DNA of 64,000 nucleotides from Candidatus Latescibacterota bacterium (GTDB lineage: Bacteria; Latescibacterota; UBA2968; UBA8231): assembly GCA_965248265.1 (NCBI GenBank), contig CBDFJF010000001.1, positions 352,001 to 416,000 on the forward strand. Direction: 5' to 3'. Both the position numbers and the translations under genes were made by a program. Positions 38,333-49,166 of the stretch are shown one piece after another. The stretch's first letter is position 1; the number at the start of each line of letters is the position of its first letter. The notes below the pieces were generated by a model. The model was not told the origin of the DNA, made no database searches, and was given only the letters and a program-made list of their open reading frames with translations.

Positions 38333-38952
38333 TGATTTCGTTCAATCAGGATGGGGATGTGAAGGCTACAGATCTGTGTGTCAGAGGAAACACTTCCGTC
38401 CGAAACCGGTGAGACCAATATACTCAGGGCACCGCCTTGTCGAACAGTGAAAAGCCAACGGATCGCGGAATCGGGAACGGAATTTGCAAGTTTGCGGCCG
38501 AACCGAGGTCCCATCGCATTGGAACGCGGCGACTGGAGCCGAATCAGCTTGATCCATATTGAGCGTTATGCTATGTTTAACAACAAGTTATCAACCGAAT
38601 CGCGCGCCTGTACCGCGCCACGGTACCACGCTGTCAGCAGGACACCTCCCTCTTTTCGGAGTCCGCCTATTCCGGAGCGTTAACGCGTCTTTTTCCGCAT
38701 GAGCCAGGCAGGATCACTTTGGCCATGCAGATTGTGCGGGCATCCGCACTCATTGCTCAAAAAAAGGCATCTGAGCGACCCTGGTCTCTCGGGAATCCGA
38801 GACGACGGACCCAGCCGCGTGCGAGTGCACGTGCGTCTTCGTCAGGCACAGGCACTCGGAAATGAATGCCGCAATCGCGTCGACGAGCCGGCCATGATAC
38901 ACCGTAACCAGACACAGTCACTGCAAAATCCGCCCGGGAGAATTCAGGCAGG

Positions 38953-41900
38953 ATGACACATCCTCCTCCCCCCGTGTTGCGAGTTTTGCCCTTTGTTATT
39001 GGTGCTGCCACCCTTTTCCAGAGCGGCGTGGAGGCCAAGATAGGCCTTAAGCCGTCGGCTTTGCCGACTCCTCTGTCGCAACTCTACACAGAGCCACCCG
39101 CCAATGCGCCGCTGACGTCGCGCGGACCGGGAATGTTTCGCAGCCGGGCCACCAAGCCGCTACTGGAGCTTTCGTCATCGTTCACGGACAAGCGGGTAGT
39201 CGTGGATCCCACCGGCGCTCATTATACGCCCCACGCCGCAGGGTTTCCCACCGGTCCGACGATCACGCTGCCGCTCGAATCCTACCTAGGGTTGGGGCAT
39301 TCGCTGATGTTCCAACGCCGTTGGCGCGAAACCGTGCGGTCCGAATTTTCCCGGGCCGCCGCCCGTCAACAGCGTCAAGGGAAATCGCGTCTTGAATGGC
39401 GTGTGCCGCTACCTGCGCCGAAACCGTTGCGCCGGTTTATCGGCGACGAGGGACAGCTGAAGATCAACGGCAAGCACACGGCGACGATCGGTGGCAAGAG
39501 CCAGTGGACGGCTGGGGAGGTGCGCACGCTGGCAGGCGGTCCGTCCAAGTTTCCGGCACTGACCATGGATCAGGAGTCGCAGTTCACGGTCGAAGGCAAG
39601 GTCGGTGAGGCCATTAACATCCGTATAACACAGGATACCCAGCAGTTGGGAACGTCCTTCAGGGATCAGCTGGCCAATCAAATCAAGCTGGACTACAAGG
39701 GAGACGAGGACGCCGTATTCCAGGAGGTGCAGGCAGGCAACACCACGCTGGCCTTGCCCAGTACTCGCTTCGTCGGCTTCAACCAACAGCACAAGGGCTT
39801 GTTCGGCATCCGCGCCAGGGGCCGCCTCGGACCCCTCGGGTTTACGACCATCGCCAGCCACGAAAAGAGCGAGAGCAAGCGCAGCACCTTTCGCGGCGGT
39901 GCGCGCGTGGACACGATGACGATAAAAGACTACGAGTACCTGCCGCGCACCTATTTCTTCCTCGACCCTGTCTACGGCGAGCGCCTGGAAGACTATCGTG
40001 AGGTGGCGCGGGCGCGGCCCCAGGATTTCAATCCGGCCGACATAATCGACGAGCGCAGTCTCGAGGTCTACATCAACGACTTCAACGTCAACAACGACCC
40101 CGAGCAACTGGCCAAACAGGGAATCGCCTGGGTGGATGCTGAGTACACTGCGAATCGGGTTAACGGTACCTGGGGTCAGCACGAGATCGACGAATCAAGC
40201 GGCTACTTCGAACAAGGTACCTGGCATCGCCTGGATCCCGATGACGACTACGGTCTGGTGGCAGAGCTGGGGTATATCGTCATGCGCACACCCATCGCAG
40301 AGAGACACTCGCTGGCAGTGCGGTACCGCACCGTCGGCAGCGCGGCAGCATCCGTCGCCGGGGAACAATTTGGCGATACCCGCGGTGATACTCTACAGCT
40401 CAAGCTCATCCAGGCGCGCGATTCGCGCCCCAACTTTCCGACCTGGGACCTCGAGTGGCGCAATGTCTATCGCATAAGTCGCAGCTTTGCCCGCGGCAAG
40501 AAGTTCGAAGAGGACAAGATCCGCGTGCAAGTCCTCAAGGAGGTGGCCGGTCGTGAACCGCAGACGTCGCAGGACGGCAAACGCTATCTGCAGATCTTCG
40601 GAATCGACGAACACGGACAGGATCCAGGCACCCCCCCCGACCAGATAATCGATGCCGATTATATCGGATTGGATGGCGTGCGCGGGGTTTTGATCTTTCC
40701 CGCCCGCAAACCGTTCGCCCCGGTAGAAGGGGCCCCGGGATTCGGGGAGTTGCAGGACACCGTAGAGGAGATCTACACCAGTCAACAGGACCGGGACAAG
40801 ATCGAGGCCAGCACGTACCTGATACAGGTTGTCAACAGCTCCGGACAACAGCGTATCAACCTAACCCAGGGGCGCCTGGCCGGTGTCGATCCAGAGTCCG
40901 TCGACGTGCGCCTCAACGGCAAATCCTTGACGCGCGGGAAGGACTTCCGGGTGAGTTTCAACGGAGAAGTCACCTTCATGGGCCAAGCACAGTCGTCGGT
41001 CTCCGATCCAGGCGCGGACTTGGAGATCAGCTTCGAGTCTGAGGACCTGATCGGCATCGGGGGGCAGCAGAAGACCCTCGTCGGCATGCGCACGGAGTAC
41101 GAATTCTGGGAAGGGGATGGCAGCATCGGGACCACGGTCCTCTACAACAACGAGCGCAGTTCGGACAAGAGAGTCCGTGTGGGCCGCGAGCCGGCTCGCA
41201 CCATCGTTTGGGATACCGATCTGCGAGCGAATTTCGAGGCCCCGATCCTGACGCGCATTGTCGATGCCCTGCCGCTGTTGAAGACGGCTGCCGCGTCGAA
41301 GGTGACGGTCCAGGCCGAAATCGCCCAGAGCCGACCCAACCTGAATACCCGCGGACAGGGGTACATCGACGATTTCGAGGGCAGCGAGCGACCGGAGATC
41401 CTCAGCATGTTTCGAACCCGGTGGACGCCGGCTAGCATACCCGAAGATTCCGGTCTCGACGAGACCAACCGCGGTCGAATGATCTGGTTCAACCCGCTCA
41501 ACAAGGTTTCACGCCTTGAGATCTGGCCGCAACAGGAAGGTCAGATCGACTCGCGCAATAACGACATCGATATCCTGGTGATGGAGTTGACGGGCGGCCG
41601 TCCATTGGAGCCGTCCTGGGAAGGGCTGATGACCCCATGGACCGGAGGCGTCAGAGATTTCTCCCAGTCAAAATTTCTCGAGATATGGGCCCGTGGCGAC
41701 GAGGGGAGCGTGCACATCGACCTGGGCGACATCAGCGAAGACTACACCCGCCGTGAGCTGGATGAGGGTGACATGGCCGTGCTCTCTCTCGAGGAGAAAC
41801 TGGCCAAGTTGAGGACCGGGGACCGCAAGTTGGACACCGAAGACAAACCGCTGCCTGGACGGATCAGCGGTGACGGCGTGGCTTCGATCGAGGAGGACAT

Positions 41901-44900
41901 CGGTATCGATCGACGCACTGACGAGCAAGAACTGAACTTTTATCTGGCTCTTGCTGACGCCGATACCAGCGGTTCAATAGAAGACCGGCGCCAACTTTTT
42001 CGCGCAATCGAAGAGTACTCCGGTCGCCGGGCCGTAGATCCGGAGGGTGACAACTGGGACTTCAACGAACGCAACTACGATCAGATCAACGGAACACAGG
42101 GAAGCGGTCGCAGCGAGACGCAACGCCCCGATTCTGAGGACATCAACAACGACGGCATCGTCAACACCGCCAACAATTACTTTCACCATACCATCGATCT
42201 GGCCAACGACGAGCACGTTCCAGGCACGCGGAGCCTCTCAGGCTGGAGGTTGTTTCGACGACCATTGTTCGACGGCGCAGTGAAGCGCATCGGCTCTCCG
42301 GATTCGAGCCGGATCGAGTCCGCCCGTATTCTGTTCGTCAACGACGGAGCAAGTCTGGATGAGGTATCTCGGCTCGAAATCGTCCAGCTGGAAATCATCG
42401 GCAACGACTGGCAGGAGAACGACATCTTCACGTTCGGTCAGGAAACAGACGTGATCGGAGACACCGAAGAGATGTTCAACGTCGCCATCATCGGCACCGA
42501 CGAGAACGCCGACTACGAGCCGCCGCCGGGAATCAAGTTGCGCCGACTCGGCAGTTCCCGAACCAGGGAGCGGGAACAGTCGCTGGTGCTGGATTACGAG
42601 AGTCTGTTGCCGCAACATCAGGCTTCGGCCTCAAAGGTATTGTCAAGCAACAGCGACTACACCAAGTACACCCGCTTGCGCATGTTCGCGTATGGGGATA
42701 CCGCCGATGTCTCTTACGTCACCAGCGACACCACCAGCGACATCCAGTTGTTCGTACGATTCGGTCGCGACAGTGCCAACTACTACGAGTTTGCCACGCC
42801 GGTGTTTCCCAAGTGGGACCGGCGCAACTGGGTCGATGTCGACCTGCTGACAATGTCTCAGCTCAAGGCGCAATTGCAGAGGCAGCCGGAACTCGACTCA
42901 CTTGCCACCGTCATCCGGGATCCAGCCGTGCGTGATGGCTTGCCGGCCGTCTACCTGGTGCGCGGCAATCCATCCATGCAGCAGATCAAGCAGTTGACTG
43001 TCGGGGTGCGCAACACCAGTGAGATCCACTCCTATACCGGCGAGGTCTACACCGACGAGTTGCGCCTCGACGAGGCGCGCAACGATGCCGGACTGGCTGC
43101 TTTCGTGCGGGTGAACACGTCGCTGGCCGATTTCATGAGCGTCGACGGGTCCGTGGATTGGCAGTCCCAGGATTTTCGGACATTAGCAAACACAGCCCGA
43201 AAAAGTGAGGACATGCGTACGAGTTTGACGACGACGACGAACGTCCATCGCTTTCTGAAGGGAACGTGGGGTTTCTCGATACCCGTCAAAGCCACTCTCA
43301 GCCGCAACGTCAGTCTTCCGCGTTTCGGGCCGAACTCCGATGTCGAGTTGCTGTCGAACGAACGGGATTCCCTGCGCACTCAAACCACTAAGCAATTCTA
43401 CGAAGTGTCGATGAGCAAGCGGAAGGGGAAGGCCTGGTACACGCGCTGGACCATTGACCAGATGAGCATGAGGATGTCGTCGTCGACGGAACGCGGAAGG
43501 TCTCCCGTCGTCGAGCGCAGCAGCAAGCAGATCAAGACGGGTTCGTTCAAATACCAGGTGCCGTTTCCGAAGACGGCTGGCCGCTTTCTCGAGTGGTTGC
43601 CAGAGTACATGCCGAAGGGAATGCGGAGGGCACGGTTGAAGTATTTCCCCTCGAATCTGTCCTACACCATGAATGCCAACAAGACGGATGAGTTCTCAAA
43701 GCGAACGACGGATCCGGCACCCACGACGCGCGATGCCTTCGAGCTCAAGGAGACCTACACTTCCAAGTTAAATCCCCTCAGCATCGTCGCTGGCGACTAC
43801 AGCCTGCAGGTGACCAGGGACCTGCGCAAGAAATACGATCTTCAGAAACTGAGCTTCGGGCGTGAGGTAAAGCGCAACCAGAAGACGGGTCTCAAGATGA
43901 CACCGCGGTTGATGAGCTGGTTCGATCAGAACTATTCGTTCCAGGCGACCTACGAAGAAAACAGCGATCCACGCAGCCGGCGCACGAGCGCCGTGACGGA
44001 TTCGGTGACGGGGTCGATCATCCGTACCCGGGACATCACGACCAAGAACGAGCTCAACGCGCGCTGGAATCTGAAACTGCCGACGCTGTTGAAAGCGGTC
44101 GGCAAGCCGGCGGGTAAAACAAGGGGGGCTGTGCCCAAAGCCAAGAAGAAGGATACGGAGGACAAGCCGCAGGACAAGAAGGATCGGGACAGAAAGCCAT
44201 TGTTCTTGCGACGGTTCGTGTTCTTCTCAGCGGCGTACGTCGATCCATTGAGCAGCTCGTGGCGACGCAACGTAACCTCACGCAGCTTCAACCTGGTCGA
44301 TCGTCCCTCTTTCATGTACCAGATAGGCCTGGAGGATAATCTTGGGGTGTCGAGGGCGGGAACCGGATTGACCCAGCAGGACAGCTGGAGTCGCGGCACC
44401 ACGACCGAAACCGCTTCAGGGTTGAAGCTGCCATTGGGTGTCAGCGTCAAAACGAGCTTCAAGCGCAATCTTACCAAGCGCAGCGGCAGCACCCAGACTC
44501 GGCTCCGGGTTGAGGAAGACACCAAATTCCCGGAAATAAACGTAAACTGGGGCCGAGCTAATCGATTGCCGTTGCTCCAGCGGTATCTCAACAGCGCCCA
44601 GGTCAACGTCCAGTTCAGGGAGTCGCAATCGAAACAGGGCGAGGGCAGCATTCAACCCCGAAGTCTGCTCCAGAGGGGCACGAATCAGGAATTCTCCGGT
44701 TCATGGACCGGTCAATGGCGATGGGGGCCGGCCACGACGATTCGCTCGTCACGCAGCAACGGCGAGGACATTGACTTTGAATTGCCGACCATCGATGACG
44801 AGGCTGATGATCAGGGACTGGACCTGACTCCGCGCGTGAGGGGGCGTGGGTTGACGGAGCGCAACAATCACAGTCTCGAAGTCAAACACAATCTACGACC

Positions 44901-45180
44901 ACGTTCATTGCCGTTGTTCGGTCAGTTGAAGAGCAATGTGGATTTGCGTCTGAAGTTCGAATTGGAGGACGAGATCCGCTCCAGCGCCACGGGCGACGAG
45001 GAACAGGCGCCGATATCGATCACGGAGCGCTGGCGCTTCGAGTTCAAGGCGGATTACAAATTCAGTGACCTTTTTCGCGGCGGTGCCTTCATCCGGGCGG
45101 AGAACAACACGGATGGGCTGACGTCGAGAACGCGCAAGGTGCGTGAAGTTAAAGTGTCAGGCATTTTCCTCTTCAAATAA
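38953..45180 (+). CDS. sprA: SprA/Sov-like outer-membrane protein (T9SS translocon homolog)
   Basis: 2075 aa with a signal peptide; NQIKLDYKGDED..QEVQAGN..L.LP, GLFGI, YIDDFEG, WFNP, IDLGDISED, LDTED and DELRL; beta-strand-rich C-terminus. Confidence 0.85.
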   Translation: MTHPPPPVLRVLPFVIGAATLFQSGVEAKIGLKPSALPTPLSQLYTEPPANAPLTSRGPGMFRSRATKPLLELSSSFTDKRVVVDPTGAHYTPHAAGFPTGPTITLPLESYLGLGHSLMFQRRWRETVRSEFSRAAARQQRQGKSRLEWRVPLPAPKPLRRFIGDEGQLKINGKHTATIGGKSQWTAGEVRTLAGGPSKFPALTMDQESQFTVEGKVGEAINIRITQDTQQLGTSFRDQLANQIKLDYKGDEDAVFQEVQAGNTTLALPSTRFVGFNQQHKGLFGIRARGRLGPLGFTTIASHEKSESKRSTFRGGARVDTMTIKDYEYLPRTYFFLDPVYGERLEDYREVARARPQDFNPADIIDERSLEVYINDFNVNNDPEQLAKQGIAWVDAEYTANRVNGTWGQHEIDESSGYFEQGTWHRLDPDDDYGLVAELGYIVMRTPIAERHSLAVRYRTVGSAAASVAGEQFGDTRGDTLQLKLIQARDSRPNFPTWDLEWRNVYRISRSFARGKKFEEDKIRVQVLKEVAGREPQTSQDGKRYLQIFGIDEHGQDPGTPPDQIIDADYIGLDGVRGVLIFPARKPFAPVEGAPGFGELQDTVEEIYTSQQDRDKIEASTYLIQVVNSSGQQRINLTQGRLAGVDPESVDVRLNGKSLTRGKDFRVSFNGEVTFMGQAQSSVSDPGADLEISFESEDLIGIGGQQKTLVGMRTEYEFWEGDGSIGTTVLYNNERSSDKRVRVGREPARTIVWDTDLRANFEAPILTRIVDALPLLKTAAASKVTVQAEIAQSRPNLNTRGQGYIDDFEGSERPEILSMFRTRWTPASIPEDSGLDETNRGRMIWFNPLNKVSRLEIWPQQEGQIDSRNNDIDILVMELTGGRPLEPSWEGLMTPWTGGVRDFSQSKFLEIWARGDEGSVHIDLGDISEDYTRRELDEGDMAVLSLEEKLAKLRTGDRKLDTEDKPLPGRISGDGVASIEEDIGIDRRTDEQELNFYLALADADTSGSIEDRRQLFRAIEEYSGRRAVDPEGDNWDFNERNYDQINGTQGSGRSETQRPDSEDINNDGIVNTANNYFHHTIDLANDEHVPGTRSLSGWRLFRRPLFDGAVKRIGSPDSSRIESARILFVNDGASLDEVSRLEIVQLEIIGNDWQENDIFTFGQETDVIGDTEEMFNVAIIGTDENADYEPPPGIKLRRLGSSRTREREQSLVLDYESLLPQHQASASKVLSSNSDYTKYTRLRMFAYGDTADVSYVTSDTTSDIQLFVRFGRDSANYYEFATPVFPKWDRRNWVDVDLLTMSQLKAQLQRQPELDSLATVIRDPAVRDGLPAVYLVRGNPSMQQIKQLTVGVRNTSEIHSYTGEVYTDELRLDEARNDAGLAAFVRVNTSLADFMSVDGSVDWQSQDFRTLANTARKSEDMRTSLTTTTNVHRFLKGTWGFSIPVKATLSRNVSLPRFGPNSDVELLSNERDSLRTQTTKQFYEVSMSKRKGKAWYTRWTIDQMSMRMSSSTERGRSPVVERSSKQIKTGSFKYQVPFPKTAGRFLEWLPEYMPKGMRRARLKYFPSNLSYTMNANKTDEFSKRTTDPAPTTRDAFELKETYTSKLNPLSIVAGDYSLQVTRDLRKKYDLQKLSFGREVKRNQKTGLKMTPRLMSWFDQNYSFQATYEENSDPRSRRTSAVTDSVTGSIIRTRDITTKNELNARWNLKLPTLLKAVGKPAGKTRGAVPKAKKKDTEDKPQDKKDRDRKPLFLRRFVFFSAAYVDPLSSSWRRNVTSRSFNLVDRPSFMYQIGLEDNLGVSRAGTGLTQQDSWSRGTTTETASGLKLPLGVSVKTSFKRNLTKRSGSTQTRLRVEEDTKFPEINVNWGRANRLPLLQRYLNSAQVNVQFRESQSKQGEGSIQPRSLLQRGTNQEFSGSWTGQWRWGPATTIRSSRSNGEDIDFELPTIDDEADDQGLDLTPRVRGRGLTERNNHSLEVKHNLRPRSLPLFGQLKSNVDLRLKFELEDEIRSSATGDEEQAPISITERWRFEFKADYKFSDLFRGGAFIRAENNTDGLTSRTRKVREVKVSGIFLFK

Positions 45181-45250
45181 CGGCAACAGGTGCCGGGCGC
45201 CTGTGCCAGGCGCGAACGATTGCCAGACTGAAATGCACGGGGTATCTTCC

Positions 45251-45646
45251 ATGTTCAATGGCCGTGAGCGCGTTGCACTGTTGTTGCTGACAGCATCTTT
45301 ATCGGTCGGTGGGACGATGGCGCTGCTGGATTACGGTGCCGCGGATCGCTTCGAGGATTTTCATGTCGTTCGCGGAGCAGTCGAAGTACCGAGCCCAGTA
45401 GCCGCTGCCGAGAGCCCGACACATGTCGCTGGTGAACCCGTTAAGCCGAGCAACCCGGTCGCGCTGAACTCAGCTACAGCCAGGGAGCTGGAACGGTTGC
45501 CACTTGTAGGGCCCAAGACGGCGGCGCTGATTCTGCAGTATCGTCGTCGCCACGGTCCATTCCCGGACCTGGAGTCGCTCACGCAAGTCAAGGGGATCGG
45601 CCCGCGTACGTTGGAGCGCTTGCGGCCTCTGATCGTCTTACGGTAG
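45251..45646 (+). CDS. comEA: ComEA-family helix-hairpin-helix DNA-binding protein
   Basis: N-terminal TM helix; LNSATARELERLPLVGPKTA..I..YR..HGPF...L..VKGIG. Confidence 0.88.
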   Translation: MFNGRERVALLLLTASLSVGGTMALLDYGAADRFEDFHVVRGAVEVPSPVAAAESPTHVAGEPVKPSNPVALNSATARELERLPLVGPKTAALILQYRRRHGPFPDLESLTQVKGIGPRTLERLRPLIVLR

Positions 45647-45673
45647 TCGTCTTGCAATGACGATTGCAGGCGG

Positions 45674-45715
45674 GCGAAGGACTTCAAACCGCGAAGGACT
45701 TCAAACGGCGAAGGA
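45674..45715 (+). repeat. 17-bp tandem repeat (about 2.5 copies) ending in the RBS of the next gene
   Basis: GCGAAGGACTTCAAACC / GCGAAGGACTTCAAACG / GCGAAGGA. Confidence 0.85.
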
Positions 45716-45717
45716 AC

Positions 45718-46710
45718 ATGAAATTGTTCGGACACAGGGACAGACGCTCCACGGGTATTCACCTGGGCGACGGCGGCCTGCAGGTTGTTGAGTTGCGACG
45801 ACGTGGAGGGGGGGCTGTGTTGGAAGAAGCCCTTCGCCTCAATATCCATCAGCTGCGCTTTCCACTGCCCTGGGTAGATCCGAAGTTCCAGCACGACATC
45901 GCTGATACGATTCGCAGCGCCAGACGAGAGCACGGCATTCGGTTCAAGCATCCGTATTTCGCTCTGGATGAACGCTCGGCGATCGTGAAACGACGGGCAC
46001 TGCTGCCCGGCAAGGTCCAGGACAATCGTGAGAATCTTGAATGGGAAGCTCGTCAGTTTCTCACCGACGACCTCGCCGAGTACGCCATCGATTATCTACT
46101 CACGACCGAGTTTGGCTTCGTCGTGGCCGTTCGCCGCGCTGCCATGGATCGTGTACGCGGAGTCTGTCACCACGCCGGTATACCCCGGCCGGAGTTTGAT
46201 CTGGCCCCATTCGCTCTCTACAACGCCCTCGAGGCGAGTGCTGGACTCTCGAGTTCGGGATGCGAACTGCTTCTCGATGTGGGCGTGAATACGGCGCGGT
46301 CGATACTCCTGATCGAGGGGAGCCTACGTTGCGTCAGTGCCGTCAGAGCGCGGAGGTTGGTGATGTTCGCAAACGGTTCGACGACAACCGCAGGCGGCGG
46401 CGAAGCAGAGGTGCAGGTGGGAGACCAATCCACCACCCCGGAGGACGATTTCGAAGAGTGGATGGAGACCCTGGCTCGCGGAGCCGAAAAACTGGTGCGT
46501 GCGGAGCAGGGCGAGTTGCACATCGACCGCTGTTGGTTGAGTGGCAAACACGCGGTGCAGGCGCAAGACCCGCTGTCCCGGCGACTTGGCCTGGAAACGC
46601 AACTGTTGGATCCCTTCAGCCGAATCGATACCGGGATGCAGGAGCTGGATGATCCGTCCGTGTTCGCGACGGCTGCCGGGTTGGCCTTGAGAGGGATATC
46701 CGAGTCCTGA
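45718..46710 (+). CDS. PilM-like actin-fold pilus assembly protein
   Basis: GIHLG...LQVVEL, AIVKR, WEARQF...Y.IDY, FALYNA, LLDVG, LLDPF..I and FATAAGLALRG. Confidence 0.75.
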   Translation: MKLFGHRDRRSTGIHLGDGGLQVVELRRRGGGAVLEEALRLNIHQLRFPLPWVDPKFQHDIADTIRSARREHGIRFKHPYFALDERSAIVKRRALLPGKVQDNRENLEWEARQFLTDDLAEYAIDYLLTTEFGFVVAVRRAAMDRVRGVCHHAGIPRPEFDLAPFALYNALEASAGLSSSGCELLLDVGVNTARSILLIEGSLRCVSAVRARRLVMFANGSTTTAGGGEAEVQVGDQSTTPEDDFEEWMETLARGAEKLVRAEQGELHIDRCWLSGKHAVQAQDPLSRRLGLETQLLDPFSRIDTGMQELDDPSVFATAAGLALRGISES

Positions 46711-46719
46711 AGGCGGACC

Positions 46720-47619
46720 ATGGCCATGATCCGAGTTCAACTGCAGCGCCAGCGGCACCGACGAAGATTGGTGCGAGCCGCGATCACACCGCTGATTACC
46801 GCTTGTATCTGCCTGGCACTGGTTCACTGGATCGACACGCGGGTGGGCCTGCTGACCCTGCTGCAAGGGTTGAGTCTTCCTGCATTGAGAGGCCCAACGA
46901 TCGATGCGCCTTCGGCAACGTTGGAAGAGGTCATCGAAGATGTGGAGCCCGTTGTCATGGCGGATGATCCGTCTCCGCCAGTCCTGCTGGAGTCACAATC
47001 GGTACCAAGACGCAGCGATGCATGCCACCGGGCGCTTGAGCTGTACGGGCGTTTGCCCCGCCGTCTGAGTTTTACTTCGCTGAGTGGCAGGGCAACCGAT
47101 GGTGGGGGTGGGGATTACACTCTAGAGGGCATCAGTGAGCCAGAGGAAGTGGTGACGCTTTTCAGTTTCCTGGATACGCTGAAAACCCTGCCTTCGGAAG
47201 TCAATCTTTCGTACTGGCGCGAGGGTGGAAAGACGGGCGGGAGTTATCGATTTACCTTCCACGGCACCTTCGGTGATCCCGAGTTCACAGGATCCACTAC
47301 GGTCGCCATGACTGGAGACGGAACCGGGCTGTTGTCCAACGTGTCGACGATGGCTGCTCGGGCCGGGCTTGACTCACTGATGACAAAGGGCCCCATCAGC
47401 ACGCCGTTGGCGAACGGCCACGGACGCCTGCGTCAGAAGTATTGGGCCGTCGGCTCCTATGCGCAGATCCGGACGTTCGCGCGCGAGCTTGAAGAGATGC
47501 CTGGTAATCAACCCGTGTTGGCAGAGCTCGTGATCATGCCCGGGCACGGAAGCTCGAAGAATCAGTCTCTGCAGCTATACGCCGCCCTCGATGTCGACGT
47601 CGCGGGCGACGATCGTTGA
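46720..47619 (+). CDS. Hypothetical bitopic membrane protein (PilN/PilO-like)
   Basis: Follows the pilM-like gene; MIRVQL start, basic stretch, single TM helix, and GSYAQIRTFARELE (PilO-like). Confidence 0.55.
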   Translation: MAMIRVQLQRQRHRRRLVRAAITPLITACICLALVHWIDTRVGLLTLLQGLSLPALRGPTIDAPSATLEEVIEDVEPVVMADDPSPPVLLESQSVPRRSDACHRALELYGRLPRRLSFTSLSGRATDGGGGDYTLEGISEPEEVVTLFSFLDTLKTLPSEVNLSYWREGGKTGGSYRFTFHGTFGDPEFTGSTTVAMTGDGTGLLSNVSTMAARAGLDSLMTKGPISTPLANGHGRLRQKYWAVGSYAQIRTFARELEEMPGNQPVLAELVIMPGHGSSKNQSLQLYAALDVDVAGDDR

Positions 47620-47674
47620 CACACACCGCGCAGCGCCCATCGGGCGGCGGCGCCTCAGCGCAAGGGAGCACAGC

Positions 47675-48163
47675 ATGAGCCACGCCTTGTACCCCGGGAG
47701 TTTCGATCCAATCACGCTGGGACACACCAATATCATCGAGCGCGCACTGACGATCTTCGAGAAGATCACTGTTGTCGTCGCCGTGAACCCGCAGAAGAAG
47801 TCTCTCTTCGATCTCGAAGACAACCTGGAGTTGATCCGTGAAGTCACAGCCGTATGGCCTCAGGTTTCCGTCGATTCCACCGAGGGGTTGCTCGTCGACT
47901 ACGCCAAGGAGCACGGCATCACGCATGGTGTGCGCGGTCTGCGGGCGGTGACGGACTTCGAGGTCGAGTTCTCCATGGCGCTCACCAATCGTGGGCTGTC
48001 CGAAGAATTCGACACCGTCTTTCTGATGACGAGCTCCGAGTTCATGTACCTGCGTTCCTCTATCGTACGTCAGGTAGCCAGTCTGGGTGGAGATATCAGC
48101 AAGTTTGTCCCGCCGATCGTCGATGAGCACCTGAGGGCGCGGTTCCACAATGTTCGTAGATGA
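47675..48163 (+). CDS. coaD: Pantetheine-phosphate adenylyltransferase
   Basis: YPGSFDPITLGH, RGLRAVTDFE and SSIVRQVA. Confidence 0.96.
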   Translation: MSHALYPGSFDPITLGHTNIIERALTIFEKITVVVAVNPQKKSLFDLEDNLELIREVTAVWPQVSVDSTEGLLVDYAKEHGITHGVRGLRAVTDFEVEFSMALTNRGLSEEFDTVFLMTSSEFMYLRSSIVRQVASLGGDISKFVPPIVDEHLRARFHNVRR

Positions 48164-49166
48164 AGTTGAAATCAAGCTTGGCTCGGGCGCTGGCGGAGAT
48201 GGTTGCATGAGCTTCCGCCGGGAGAAGTACGTTCCTCGCGGCGGTCCCGATGGAGGAGACGGCGGCGATGGAGGCAGCGTAGTCTTTCAGGTCGATACGA
48301 ATCTGGCCACGCTCGTCGACTACCAGCACCAGGCGCACATCACGGCAGGACGCGGGACCCACGGAAAGGGCAAGGATCAAACAGGGGCTCGCGGACGCGA
48401 TGCCGTCGTGCGGGTTCCGCCCGGGACCATCGTACGCTCGGAAAGCGGTGAAGTGGTAGCCGACCTGGTAGACGAGGACTCGACCCTCATGCTATTGAAG
48501 GGAGGGCGGGGTGGACGCGGCAACGCCCGTTTCGCGACTTCCCGGCAGCAGGCGCCGCGGCGCGCAGATCCAGGACAACCGGGAACGCAGATGACCGTCC
48601 GACTCGAGTTGAGCCTGCTGGCTGACGTCGGTCTGGTCGGCTTTCCCAATGCGGGCAAGTCGACCCTGCTGTCTAGATTGTCTGCGGCACGTCCCAAAGT
48701 TGCCGATTACCCCTTTACAACGATGTCCCCGAACCTGGGGATTGTACAGTGGGCGGAGTACGAGAGTTTTGTACTGGCGGATCTACCCGGCCTGATAGAA
48801 GGAGCTCACACGGGCAAAGGGCTCGGGACGCGTTTTCTTCGCCACATCGAGCGCACCCGAACCCTGCTCTTCACCCTGGAGTGTGTGAGCGATGATTCCC
48901 GAGCCGAATTCGAAACCCTGCGGGAGGAACTGGGCGGATTCGATCCGGGATTGTTGACCAAGCCCTATGCCATCGCCTACACCAAGGCCGATTTGCTGTC
49001 GCAAGATCCGGCGATCGATCCACTGGAGGATCTTGCTGTACCGCGTTTCGTGGTGTCGGCCGTCAGCGGCCGCGGGTTGAAGGAGATGGTGGCCCACCTC
49101 GGAACAGAAGTTAAACGGATCCGAGAAACTGAAACCGCCGATCAGGAGTCGACGTCATCGCTGTGA
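48150..49166 (+). CDS. obgE: GTPase ObgE
   Basis: MFVDEV, FRREKYVPRGGPDGGDGG, GFPNAGKST, YPFTT and DLPGLIEGA. Confidence 0.97.
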   Translation: MFVDEVEIKLGSGAGGDGCMSFRREKYVPRGGPDGGDGGDGGSVVFQVDTNLATLVDYQHQAHITAGRGTHGKGKDQTGARGRDAVVRVPPGTIVRSESGEVVADLVDEDSTLMLLKGGRGGRGNARFATSRQQAPRRADPGQPGTQMTVRLELSLLADVGLVGFPNAGKSTLLSRLSAARPKVADYPFTTMSPNLGIVQWAEYESFVLADLPGLIEGAHTGKGLGTRFLRHIERTRTLLFTLECVSDDSRAEFETLREELGGFDPGLLTKPYAIAYTKADLLSQDPAIDPLEDLAVPRFVVSAVSGRGLKEMVAHLGTEVKRIRETETADQESTSSL

